This document shows positions 29,816 to 38,627 of a DNA stretch of 64,000 nt, piece by piece. This stretch comes from Candidatus Latescibacterota bacterium (lineage in GTDB: Bacteria > Latescibacterota > UBA2968 > UBA8231): assembly GCA_965203175.1 (NCBI GenBank), contig OZ241867.1:4864001-4928000 (forward strand), in the 5' to 3' direction. The notes beneath the pieces are model-generated. The model was not told the DNA's origin. It did no database searches and was given only the letters and a program-made list of their open reading frames with translations. Within the stretch, counting starts at the first letter, position 1; each line of letters starts with the position of its first letter. A program made the position numbers and the translations under genes.

Positions 29816-30016
29816 ATGACCGAACCTACCGAGCGCGTCATCACCCACGCCGAACGCATCGCCAGACTAGAAGGGATTTCCGAACAACTAAGTCAACTCC
29901 TCATAGAGCTTCGCCGAGATTTTCGTTGGATGGTCGGCATTCAGGTGACCGGCTTCCTCGTCATCATCGGAATCACGGTTTCTTTGTTTGTGGCTCTAAA
30001 AGGGGGAGTGGGCTAA
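29816..30016 (+). CDS. Small coiled-coil protein with C-terminal TM helix
   Basis: 66 aa, SD AAGGA, ERIARLEG heptads then a hydrophobic helix. Confidence 0.6.
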   Translation: MTEPTERVITHAERIARLEGISEQLSQLLIELRRDFRWMVGIQVTGFLVIIGITVSLFVALKGGVG

Positions 30017-30022
30017 AAATAT

Positions 30023-30098
30023 GGGGCTGTAGCTCAGCTGGGAGAGCGCGGGCTTTGCAAGCCTGAGGTCGTCGGTTCGATCCCGATCAGCTCCACCA
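30023..30098 (+). tRNA. tRNA-Ala(TGC)
   Basis: GGGGCTGTAGCTCAGCTGGGAGAGC...TTTGCAA...GGTTCGATCCC...CTCCACCA; anticodon TGC and encoded CCA. Confidence 0.97.
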
Positions 30099-30107
30099 TT
30101 CAAGTGT

Positions 30108-30169
30108 AACAGAGAAGCGGATCTAGAACAAGCACATAGCTTGTGTCTGAGATTCGCTTCTGTTTTTTT
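30108..30169 (+). terminator. Long hairpin terminator after tRNA-Ala
   Basis: AGAAGCGGATCT...AGATTCGCTTCT followed by GTTTTTTT. Confidence 0.7.
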
Positions 30170-30201
30170 CGCCTGCCCGCCGCTCATTTCAAAGACTCTA
30201 C

Positions 30202-31788
30202 ATGGAGGACAAGATGCCGCACGACAAATGGAGACTCATCTACGTCAGCGACCCCTCGGGCAATGCCAACTACGATTTTGACCCGGGCATGGCGCGCCCC
30301 CTCATAACCTCACACCCCGCCAAGCCAGAGGAACTGCAGCGCATAATCGACAACGTCGCCGCCAACAGGCCCGATACCTTTATCCAAGAGGTCTATAACT
30401 CCGGCTGGACCTTATACTTTCGCTCCCCGCGCTTCGAGTACGATGCCCGTCCCCAGCACCGGCGCTTTATTCCCATGATGGACGACGGGATCATGCCGCT
30501 GCAGGTGATGCTCGACCAAGCCCGCAAACACGGGATGAACTTCCTCGCTGGTTTTCGCATGAACGACAGCCACGGCGCACCCGACCAAGGGGGGATGTTT
30601 CTCCACAAGAACCCGCAGTGGAAAATTGCGGAGATGCCGCAGGGCGCGGCCTTCGTTCCCGGCAACAGGATGGATTTCACCTTTGCCGAGGTGCGCGATT
30701 ATCTCTTTTCGGTAATGGCGGAAGTCGTCGATCAATTCGACGTAGATGGGCTTGAGTTGGTGTTTCGCGAAGGTCTTTACTTTCCAGCTCCCCAAGGCGA
30801 TAGAAGCCTGGCGCGCGAGCGCCAACCGCTTATGACTGAATTGATCCAGCGCGTGCGGGCCATGCTCGATCAAGCCGGAAGCAGCCGGGGCCGCGACCTG
30901 CAGTTGGGGGTCCGCGTCCCAGAGACGTTGGAGGAGTGCCACAACTGCGGTCTCGACGTGCCCACCTGGATAGCGGAAGCGCTCATCGACTACGTCGCTC
31001 CCCAAGACGCCATGTATTCGGATTGCAACGCTCCACACCAAGAATTCAGCCAACTCACCAAGGACACCAAGTGCGAACTCATCCCCGGCCTCCTTCCCTA
31101 TTGCGCCAACCTCGACCGCACGGGTCCGCCGTTGACGCTTGAAAACTACCGTGCCTTGGCCCACTCGTTTGCCTGCCAAGGTGCCGATGGGGTCTCCATG
31201 TACAACTTTCAGATGCACTGGGACGCCTTCTGGAAAGCGAGCCGCGATCCAGGGCCAGAGGCCATGTATCCCCTGGCCCTTAGCTACTTACGAGACCTGC
31301 GGGATCCGGCCAAAATTGCCGCCGGTGCTCGGCACTATCTCTTTCATCCCATGTGGGGCGGCTCTACGGCCTTTGGATCCCCGGGCAAGACCGCGGGTGG
31401 GATTGTCAGAGACGCTAAGATCCTCCTTGAGCGGACGGAGCAGCAACCTTACGGGCAGTATCATTTCCGCCTGTACGAAAACTTCGACGAGATCGTCTTC
31501 GCAAAACTGTTCTTCCGCGCTACCGGTTTGGGACCGTACGACCAGATTGAGGTCGATATCAACGGCACGGCCATCCCCGCCGACAGAGTGCGCCACATCT
31601 GGCACAGCGCCGGTCGGCACCCGAATCAAGGGCGACAGCTTCCCGCGCATACAACCTGCATTATCGATCTGTCGTCGCCACCCATACGCGACGGCGACAA
31701 TGCCCTCGGCGTCCGCTTGCTGTTTTCCGGCCTTCCCGAAGGGGCTGTCGTCATCGACGAACTAGAAGTGACTGTGCTCCCGCAATAA
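30202..31788 (+). CDS. Glycosyl hydrolase-like family 10 (DUF187-like) TIM-barrel protein
   Basis: FRMNDSH, MDFTFAEVRDY, FDVDGLELVF, GLDVPTWI, GADGVSMYNF. Confidence 0.65.
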   Translation: MEDKMPHDKWRLIYVSDPSGNANYDFDPGMARPLITSHPAKPEELQRIIDNVAANRPDTFIQEVYNSGWTLYFRSPRFEYDARPQHRRFIPMMDDGIMPLQVMLDQARKHGMNFLAGFRMNDSHGAPDQGGMFLHKNPQWKIAEMPQGAAFVPGNRMDFTFAEVRDYLFSVMAEVVDQFDVDGLELVFREGLYFPAPQGDRSLARERQPLMTELIQRVRAMLDQAGSSRGRDLQLGVRVPETLEECHNCGLDVPTWIAEALIDYVAPQDAMYSDCNAPHQEFSQLTKDTKCELIPGLLPYCANLDRTGPPLTLENYRALAHSFACQGADGVSMYNFQMHWDAFWKASRDPGPEAMYPLALSYLRDLRDPAKIAAGARHYLFHPMWGGSTAFGSPGKTAGGIVRDAKILLERTEQQPYGQYHFRLYENFDEIVFAKLFFRATGLGPYDQIEVDINGTAIPADRVRHIWHSAGRHPNQGRQLPAHTTCIIDLSSPPIRDGDNALGVRLLFSGLPEGAVVIDELEVTVLPQ

Positions 31789-31815
31789 CTCTCGCTCTTT
31801 AACTAAGGAGGAACC

Positions 31816-33729
31816 TTGTCGAGGAGCGATCCCGAGTTCTGGAACCGGCGCGCGAGTGCAGCGGCTCTATGGACCAACCTGCGCTGGGCCCTCGCCCACG
31901 TTTGGGCGCACGGCCGAGGGCCAGCCTTGGGCATCGTCGCCGTGCAAGTACTCTTGGGCATCCAGCCCGCGCTGCTCATCTACATCACCCAGCATCTCAT
32001 TGACACTGTTGTCACCTCCGCCGGTGAGGGAGGCGCTGGCTTTGAACAGACCCTGCCGTGGCTTATAGCATTCGGGCTCGTGCTCCTGCTCACAAGTGAT
32101 GTGCTGTGGCAGATTCGGGACGCGCTCCACCTACGGCTTGAACAGAATCTCGAACACGCGCTCGGCCGCCGCTTTCTGGCCAAGGCGTCGCGGCTGCCGC
32201 TCGTCTTCTTTGAGGTGAGCGCGTCTTATGATCGCTTGGAACGCGCCAAAAATCCGGGCTTGAAGCTCAATCGGTTCTTCTTCGCGGCCATGCACCTGTT
32301 CCAAGCCGGCATCCGAGTTCTCTCCATTACGGCCATGTTCGTCCCGGTCTCTCTGTGGATCTCACTAACTCTTCTAATTGTACTGGTACCGCAGATCCGG
32401 CTGGCGATTGAACAAAGCCGGCGGTTTATGAGCTTCACCTACGGCCAGACCGAGGAAATGCGCCGGGCCGGCTATGTCGATCGGGTCCTAACCGGGCGGG
32501 GTGAACAAAAAGAGATGCGCCTCTTTGCCCTCCGCCAGACGCTGAGCCAGCGGTGGCAGGTCATGCGCCAAGCATTGCGGAAGCAACTCTGGCGACAACA
32601 GCAGCAACAGGTTCGCGGGGGCCTTCCCATCACCTGTTTGCGTTTCGGCGTCTCGGCCGGTGTCGCCGTTGCGCTGGCCTATTTTCTCGGCGACCGGCTC
32701 CTCACGCCCGGACGCTTTGTCGCCCTGTTTCGGGGAGTGGACGACATGCTAAGGGCCGGTTCCAGCCTCGGCCATTCTTCGCGGGAACTGCAAAACCAAA
32801 GCGCTGAAATCAGCTATGTGCGCGAGTTTCTCGACCTGCCCGAGGACGCCGGCGCTTGGATACAACAACCACCAGCCGACCACGAACCAACCCAGCCCTT
32901 CCCTAAACCACTGCGCGAGGGATTTGCCCTCGAAGACGTCTGGTTCACCTATCCGGCCGCGGATGCCGCCGAGGGCGAGAACCCCCGTCCCGTCCTGCGA
33001 GGCGTAAGCCTGCACCTTGAGCCAGGAGAACGAGTAGCCCTCGTCGGCGCAAACGGCGCGGGAAAATCGACCCTCGCCAAGCTCTTGCTCGGCCTGTACC
33101 AACCAGCATCGGGCGAGATCACCGTCGATGGAGTCCACTACGACGAGATCGACCGAACGAGCCTTGCGAACGCAGTAAGTGCCGCGTTTCAAGACTTCTT
33201 CAACTTTGAACTCACCGCTTCCCAGTCAATCGGAATCGGTGCCCTCGGCAGCGGCGGTAGCGACCAAGAAGCCGACTTGTGGCCAGCGTGGCTGCCACCC
33301 GATCCAGCAGTGGTAGAAAACGCAGCGCGGCGAGCCGGAGTTGATGCCATTGCCGTGCGCCTGCCCCAAGGCTACGACACCCCGGTGGGACACATCCTCG
33401 ATGGCGGGCAAGGACTTTCCGGGGGCGAGTGGCAACGCTTCGCTATTGCCCGCGCATTCATCCGCCAGCCCGAGTTGCTGATCCTCGACGAGCCGACGGC
33501 TGCGCTGGATCCCATGGCCGAGGCCGAGGTGTACCGGCAGTTTGGCGAGTTGCTCGCTGGCCGCACCGCGCTGTTGATTAGTCACCGGCTGGGCTCGGCT
33601 CGCATGGCCGACCGCATTCTCGTCCTCAAAGACGGTCGCATCGTCGAGCAAGGACACCACGACGACCTAATTGCACAGGGCGGCGTGTACGCTGCCATGT
33701 GGGAGGAACAAGCCTCGTGGTACCGGTAG
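31816..33729 (+). CDS. ABC exporter, fused TMD-NBD (NisT/SpaT-like)
   Basis: N-terminal TM helices, KEMRLF, GANGAGKS, LSGGEWQR, LDEPTAALDP, SHR. Confidence 0.9.
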   Translation: MSRSDPEFWNRRASAAALWTNLRWALAHVWAHGRGPALGIVAVQVLLGIQPALLIYITQHLIDTVVTSAGEGGAGFEQTLPWLIAFGLVLLLTSDVLWQIRDALHLRLEQNLEHALGRRFLAKASRLPLVFFEVSASYDRLERAKNPGLKLNRFFFAAMHLFQAGIRVLSITAMFVPVSLWISLTLLIVLVPQIRLAIEQSRRFMSFTYGQTEEMRRAGYVDRVLTGRGEQKEMRLFALRQTLSQRWQVMRQALRKQLWRQQQQQVRGGLPITCLRFGVSAGVAVALAYFLGDRLLTPGRFVALFRGVDDMLRAGSSLGHSSRELQNQSAEISYVREFLDLPEDAGAWIQQPPADHEPTQPFPKPLREGFALEDVWFTYPAADAAEGENPRPVLRGVSLHLEPGERVALVGANGAGKSTLAKLLLGLYQPASGEITVDGVHYDEIDRTSLANAVSAAFQDFFNFELTASQSIGIGALGSGGSDQEADLWPAWLPPDPAVVENAARRAGVDAIAVRLPQGYDTPVGHILDGGQGLSGGEWQRFAIARAFIRQPELLILDEPTAALDPMAEAEVYRQFGELLAGRTALLISHRLGSARMADRILVLKDGRIVEQGHHDDLIAQGGVYAAMWEEQASWYR

Positions 33730-33764
33730 TCCTACAGGATCCAAAAGTGACCCGCCCGTCCACC

Positions 33765-35540
33765 ATGAGCACACTCCTGCGCTTTCTATGGTGGATGATC
33801 CAGACAGCCCCTCGCTACTCCATCGTCTTACTAGCGCTCCAGTTCGCCACTGGTCTGCTACCAGCCGCGTCGGTGTGGGTCGTGCGGGTGCTCTTCGACC
33901 GCAGCCTCGCGGTGTACGAGGGACACCTGCCTGTGGCAGACATGCTGATGTGGGTCGCTCTGTGGGCCGTGCTGGCACTGGCGCAAGTGGTACTCAGCTG
34001 GGAGCTTTTCTACTTGCTCAGCGAGCGGCTGAAACAGGAGATGGAGGATCGGCTACTCACCCAACTCCAGCGCAAAGCAAGCGTCCTGCGGCTCGAGACC
34101 TTCGAGCGCGCCGATTTTCACGACGTGCTGCGCCGGGCACAGGAGGCAGCCTCGCCCGGCTTCTTTCTCAACCTAATCGGTGAGATCCACACGATAATCA
34201 CCGGAATGCTGACGGTCATCTCCGTCGCCTTGATCGTCGGGCTATGGAATCCGCTGCTCCTGATCGCCATTGCCTTGGTTTCGGTGCCGCCGCCGCTGGC
34301 GCGGGCGCTCCAAGAGAAGAACACCTTTTACCTCAAGCGCGAGCAGACCCAGCGCGAACGTCTGCGGACCTACTTGGAGCGTATTCTCACTGAGCGCGCC
34401 GCCGCTAAGGAGGTGCGAGTCTTCAACCTAGGACCGGCTCTGCTCGGTTGGTGGGAACATCTCTATTGGCAGGTGGCCGACCTGCTCTTTCAGCAGAAAC
34501 GCTCGCAGTCTCTGGTCAATATCTTGCTATCGATTTTCAGTCTCACCGGTCTGGCCGCCGGTATCGGCTGGTCGGCTTGGGCCGTGGCCAACGGCGGTCT
34601 CTCCCCCGGACAGTTCGCCGCCATGATGGTGGCATTACAAGAAGTCAGGACGCACGTCGATCAGGTATTCTTTCGCTTTGGCTATCTCGCCAATCGCCTC
34701 CTCTACATCGCCGATCTCTTCACCTACCTCGACCTAGGCCCGGAAGAATTGAAAGAAGGCGAATCAATCGACCGCGTCGGCGAGGTCCCGATTGCGGCCA
34801 CCGCTCTCTCTTTCCGCTATCCACAGGCAGAACGCCCGGCAATCGACAACATCTCGTTCACCATCCAGCCCGGCGAGCGCGTGGCTCTCGTCGGTGCCAA
34901 CGGCTCGGGCAAGACTACGCTCGTCAAGGTGCTGTTGGGCTTGTTCCATCCCACGCAGGGGAAGGTGCTCTACGGCGATGTCGATCTGAACCAGGTGGAT
35001 CGGAACGGCCTTTGGAACCAATCGGCCGCAGTGTTCCAAGACTACACCCGTTTCGCCTTTTCTCTGGGCGAAAACATCGGCTTGGGACGCACCGAGCGCA
35101 TGGGCGACCAAGCGGCTGTCGAGCACGCCGCTTACCAAGGCGGAGCCGCCCCCATCGCCGAGCAACTGCCGGAGCACTACAACACCCTTCTCACTAAGGA
35201 ATTTGCCGGCGGCACCGAACTGTCCGGCGGCGAGTGGCAGCGCGTCGCCATCTCAAGGGGATTCATGCGCAACGCCGCCCTGATCGTGCTTGACGAGCCG
35301 ACCGCGTCGCTCGACCCCCAAGCCGAGGCCGACGTATTCCGGCGCTTCCTCGCCATGTCCGGCGAGCGGACTACCATCGTGGTCTCCCACCGCTTGGGCT
35401 CCGCCCGACTATGCGACCGGATCTTGGTGCTAAAAGAAGGACGCCTGCTCGAAAATGGGACGCACGGCGAATTGCTGTCTCAAGAAGGAGAATACGCCCG
35501 CTTATGGGCTTTGCAGGCGCAGTGGTACGGCGAGGGATAA
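33765..35540 (+). CDS. ABC exporter, fused TMD-NBD (partner subunit)
   Basis: KEVRVF, GANGSGKT, LSGGEWQR, LDEPTASLDP, SHR; start at MSTLL. Confidence 0.9.
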   Translation: MSTLLRFLWWMIQTAPRYSIVLLALQFATGLLPAASVWVVRVLFDRSLAVYEGHLPVADMLMWVALWAVLALAQVVLSWELFYLLSERLKQEMEDRLLTQLQRKASVLRLETFERADFHDVLRRAQEAASPGFFLNLIGEIHTIITGMLTVISVALIVGLWNPLLLIAIALVSVPPPLARALQEKNTFYLKREQTQRERLRTYLERILTERAAAKEVRVFNLGPALLGWWEHLYWQVADLLFQQKRSQSLVNILLSIFSLTGLAAGIGWSAWAVANGGLSPGQFAAMMVALQEVRTHVDQVFFRFGYLANRLLYIADLFTYLDLGPEELKEGESIDRVGEVPIAATALSFRYPQAERPAIDNISFTIQPGERVALVGANGSGKTTLVKVLLGLFHPTQGKVLYGDVDLNQVDRNGLWNQSAAVFQDYTRFAFSLGENIGLGRTERMGDQAAVEHAAYQGGAAPIAEQLPEHYNTLLTKEFAGGTELSGGEWQRVAISRGFMRNAALIVLDEPTASLDPQAEADVFRRFLAMSGERTTIVVSHRLGSARLCDRILVLKEGRLLENGTHGELLSQEGEYARLWALQAQWYGEG

Positions 35541-35623
35541 GCGAAATTGCGGGATACAGGAGAATGAGCAAGGACTGCGATATGCTTCTAAAGCAAGAGG
35601 GAGCCGCCTCCATTGCCTTGATC

Positions 35624-35653
35624 TTTACATGACAACGCAAACTACGTATAGTT
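35624..35653 (+). promoter_or_regulatory. higBA promoter TTTACA-N17-TATAGT with operator-like palindrome AACTA-N4-TAGTT
   Basis: -10 element ends 7 nt before the ATG at 35660 (leaderless); palindrome at 35640-35653. Confidence 0.65.
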
Positions 35654-35659
35654 GGTCAT

Positions 35660-35980
35660 ATGCTGTTCATCGAGACATCGGAATTCACCAAGCATCTGCG
35701 GTCGCATCTCGATGACGACAGTTACGCCGCGCTTCAGGTGTTTCTCAGTGCGTACCCAGACGCCGGCGACATCATTCGCGGATCGGGCGGTATTCGGAAA
35801 ATCCGCTGGAGAGCGAAGGGGCGCGGCAAACGGGGTGGTAGCCGGGTTATCTACTACTGGCATGTCGCCGAGGACCATATTTATCTACTCACTCTATACG
35901 GCAAGGGCGTGAAGGACGATCTGACGCCTGCCGAGCGGGCCGCGTGGCGCAAGGTCGTAGAGGAGATCAAAAATGGCTGA
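35660..35980 (+). CDS. higB: RelE/HigB-family toxin
   Basis: FIETSEF, GDIIRGSGGIRKIRW, GKRGGSRVIYY, LLTLYGK. Confidence 0.88.
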   Translation: MLFIETSEFTKHLRSHLDDDSYAALQVFLSAYPDAGDIIRGSGGIRKIRWRAKGRGKRGGSRVIYYWHVAEDHIYLLTLYGKGVKDDLTPAERAAWRKVVEEIKNG

Positions 35981-36287
35981 ACGGAACATCGCCGCCGAAG
36001 TTCTTGCGGGTCTGCACGAAGTTCGAGAGCACCGAGCCGGCAAGCGCACGCTGCGGACCACCCGGGTTGAGGCGAAGCCCCTGCCCGGACTCACGCCCGA
36101 TATGATTAAGAAGATTCGCGAAGAGCTCGACGTTTCAAGGGCGGTATTCGCCCACCTGCTGCGCGTACCGGTGCGCACCGTTGAGGGCTGGGAGCAGGGC
36201 AGGTCCAGTCCACCGGATGCGGCGGCGGCACTCATCCTCATGGCCCAGAAATACCCGGATACCTTCGAGCGGCTGGCATCCCTGTGA
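35973..36287 (+). CDS. higA: XRE-HTH antitoxin (HigA type)
   Basis: IKKIREELDVSRAVFA..VPVRTVEGWEQGR..P; overlaps the toxin stop; toxin-first order. Confidence 0.85.
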   Translation: MAERNIAAEVLAGLHEVREHRAGKRTLRTTRVEAKPLPGLTPDMIKKIREELDVSRAVFAHLLRVPVRTVEGWEQGRSSPPDAAAALILMAQKYPDTFERLASL

Positions 36288-36382
36288 TCTGATCTGATTT
36301 GGATCGTACTCGCTCCGCAACCAAGAGGTTTTCGATGAGTACATTGCACGCGTCCACGCTCAGCGCCGCTGCTTCGTGAGCC

Positions 36383-37222
36383 GTGGCCGCCTCTTACCCC
36401 ATTGTCAACGGTGCCGAGCACGCCTGGGTGCTCCACGACCCCCGCTTTAAGCCCGACCCGCGTCTGTCTAACTGCCCCAACGCCAAGCCCAACTATGAGC
36501 AGTCGGCCGAAGACCTCATCGAACACATGCGGACCTATGGAGTCGACAAGGTCGTCATCAGCCACGTGTGCTACTACGGCCGCGACAACCGCTATGCCAG
36601 CCACTGCGTACAGCGCTATCCCGACCGCTTTGCCGCCATCGGCCTTTTAGTGGGGTACCGGCTGCACCATCCGGCCGATCCGGAGAATCCGGCGCGCTTG
36701 GAACGGGCCGTGCGAGAGGAGGGCTTGGCAGGGCTGCGCTTGAGTCCCATCTACGACCGCGACGTGGTCTGGCTCAGTGATGAAGTCAGCTATCCGCTGT
36801 GGCACCGGGCCGAGAAGTTGGGCGCGGTGTTCAACATCTTCCTAGCGCCGCATCAAGTGGGGCAGGTGGCGGCCATGGCCGAGCGCTTCCCCGGGGTCAA
36901 AGTGGTCATCGACCATCTGGCGATGATCGACATTAACGCCCCCGATAGCGAGGGCTTTGGGCCGCTGCTCGATCTAGCCCGCTGGCCCAATGTGTACATC
37001 CGCACCTCGCTGCACAATCCTTCTAAGGAACGACCACCCTTCCGCGATGTATGGCCCTTTTTGGAGCGGGTGTACGACCGCTTTGGCCCTCGGCGGATGG
37101 TATGGGCTAATTTTTACGAATTGCTCATTATGCAGGAGCTGATCCCCTTTTTCAGCGCTGAAGACAAGACGTGGATTTTGGGGAAGAACGCTCTAGAGAT
37201 CTACTTTAAAGGTCAGGGCTGA
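36383..37222 (+). CDS. Amidohydrolase family 2 protein
   Basis: EHAW, GLRLSP, VVIDHLA, WPNVY, YDRFGPRRMVW. Confidence 0.8.
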   Translation: MAASYPIVNGAEHAWVLHDPRFKPDPRLSNCPNAKPNYEQSAEDLIEHMRTYGVDKVVISHVCYYGRDNRYASHCVQRYPDRFAAIGLLVGYRLHHPADPENPARLERAVREEGLAGLRLSPIYDRDVVWLSDEVSYPLWHRAEKLGAVFNIFLAPHQVGQVAAMAERFPGVKVVIDHLAMIDINAPDSEGFGPLLDLARWPNVYIRTSLHNPSKERPPFRDVWPFLERVYDRFGPRRMVWANFYELLIMQELIPFFSAEDKTWILGKNALEIYFKGQG

Positions 37223-37314
37223 CAGCCCATTCTGCGGCCGGGTTCAGGGTGCTTCCCCGGCGAATTGCCGTGGATCGCGTTGGGAAATTCCCGATCCAGA
37301 TATGCACCTATCCC

Positions 37315-38463
37315 CTACGGATCCACCTGCTGATAGAACTTCTTCGCGCCGTTCTCAATGGTCATAATGACCGCGCTCTTGGTCGGGTGGCGGTTTTCGT
37401 TGTAGCCGGCAATGCGCGTCGCCCCAGCGTACTGTTCGATAGCCAACAGTTGTCGCCGTATCGCATCTGCGTCGAGGCTGCCCGCGCGCTCTGCGGCTTC
37501 CAAGAGCAAGCGGACCGCATCGTAGCTCACTGCATCGCCGCCGGTGGGATCAATCCCGTACAGGGCTCGGTATGTGTCGATGAATGCGCGCGCACTCGGC
37601 TCGTCCGTGTCCGGCGAAAAGTGGCTGCTGAAAAAGCTACCATCCACAGCGGCTTCCTCATTGTCTAACAGCGTTGGATTGTCCCAAGCATCGGCCCCGA
37701 GAAAAAGCGTCGGTTCCCCAGCCGCGTTTTGCAGCGGCAGGGCACGCGCCTGCTTGGTCACAAGCGCAACTTCTGGCGGCAGTCCCGATAGAAAGACCGC
37801 CTCGGGAGCCGCCGCCGCGATGGGGGTCAATTGCGCGGCGAAATCCGTCGCACCGCTCTCGTAGAACTCTTCGGAGACGATCTCCCCCCCAAAGCCGCTA
37901 AAATGGGCAATAAAAAACTCGGCGATCCCCTCGGTATAGACCTCCCCGCGCTGCGTCAAAACAGCGGCTGTATTCACCCCGAGCGTCTCTTTGGCAAACT
38001 GCGCCATGACGCGTCCTTGAAACTGGTCGGTGAAAGCAGCCATGAAGACAAACTCGCCAGCCGTAGTCACGGCTGGATTGGTGGCCGCCGTAGTAATCAT
38101 CGGCACACCGTGGCGCTGAGCTACAGGCCCGACCTCAATGGCGTGCGAGGAGCGATTAGGGCCAACGAGAGCGACGACTTCGTCTGTAAGAATCATAGTC
38201 TCCGCGGCCTGCACCGCGACCGCTGCTTCCTGTATGTTTATCTGGGTGACCAATTCAACGGCTCGGCCCAACAGCCCCCCGCGCTCGTTGACTTCGTCCA
38301 CCGCGATCTTAGCTCCATTCGGATAGGTAATGCGGTCGCCTGAGACGAGGAACCCAATTTTAACGGGGGTGCCCTCGCCGTCCGCAGTAGGAGACAGAGA
38401 AGCCTTATCCTCACAAGCGGCGAACGCGATACCTGCAATACAGGCGACGTAGAACAATTTCAT
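37315..38463 (-). CDS. Branched-chain amino acid-type ABC substrate-binding lipoprotein (LivJ-like)
   Basis: Lipobox FAAC, NGAKIAVDEVN..GGLLGR, ATNPAVT, DQFQG; no permease genes adjacent. Confidence 0.85.
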   Translation of the reverse strand: MKLFYVACIAGIAFAACEDKASLSPTADGEGTPVKIGFLVSGDRITYPNGAKIAVDEVNERGGLLGRAVELVTQINIQEAAVAVQAAETMILTDEVVALVGPNRSSHAIEVGPVAQRHGVPMITTAATNPAVTTAGEFVFMAAFTDQFQGRVMAQFAKETLGVNTAAVLTQRGEVYTEGIAEFFIAHFSGFGGEIVSEEFYESGATDFAAQLTPIAAAAPEAVFLSGLPPEVALVTKQARALPLQNAAGEPTLFLGADAWDNPTLLDNEEAAVDGSFFSSHFSPDTDEPSARAFIDTYRALYGIDPTGGDAVSYDAVRLLLEAAERAGSLDADAIRRQLLAIEQYAGATRIAGYNENRHPTKSAVIMTIENGAKKFYQQVDP

Positions 38464-38627
38464 GGCAGATTCTTTTTTAAAGGTGTGGATGGATTCTGAT
38501 TTTATCAGATTGACGATGGTTAAATTTACTGAAATCCAAGAAAGAGACCACGCGCTCGGGGCGTGGGCGCTGTCGGTGAACCTTTGCCCGCTGCCGTCCG
38601 CCTTGTAAGGTAAAAGGCAGATGACGT

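Noticed and set aside
30023-30098. tRNA-Ala as a prophage/ICE attachment site
   Set aside because: No integrase, phage genes or duplicated tRNA 3' end seen in the window.
35660-36287. HigBA as a novel defence system
   Set aside because: Ordinary toxin-first type II TA pair with canonical motifs.
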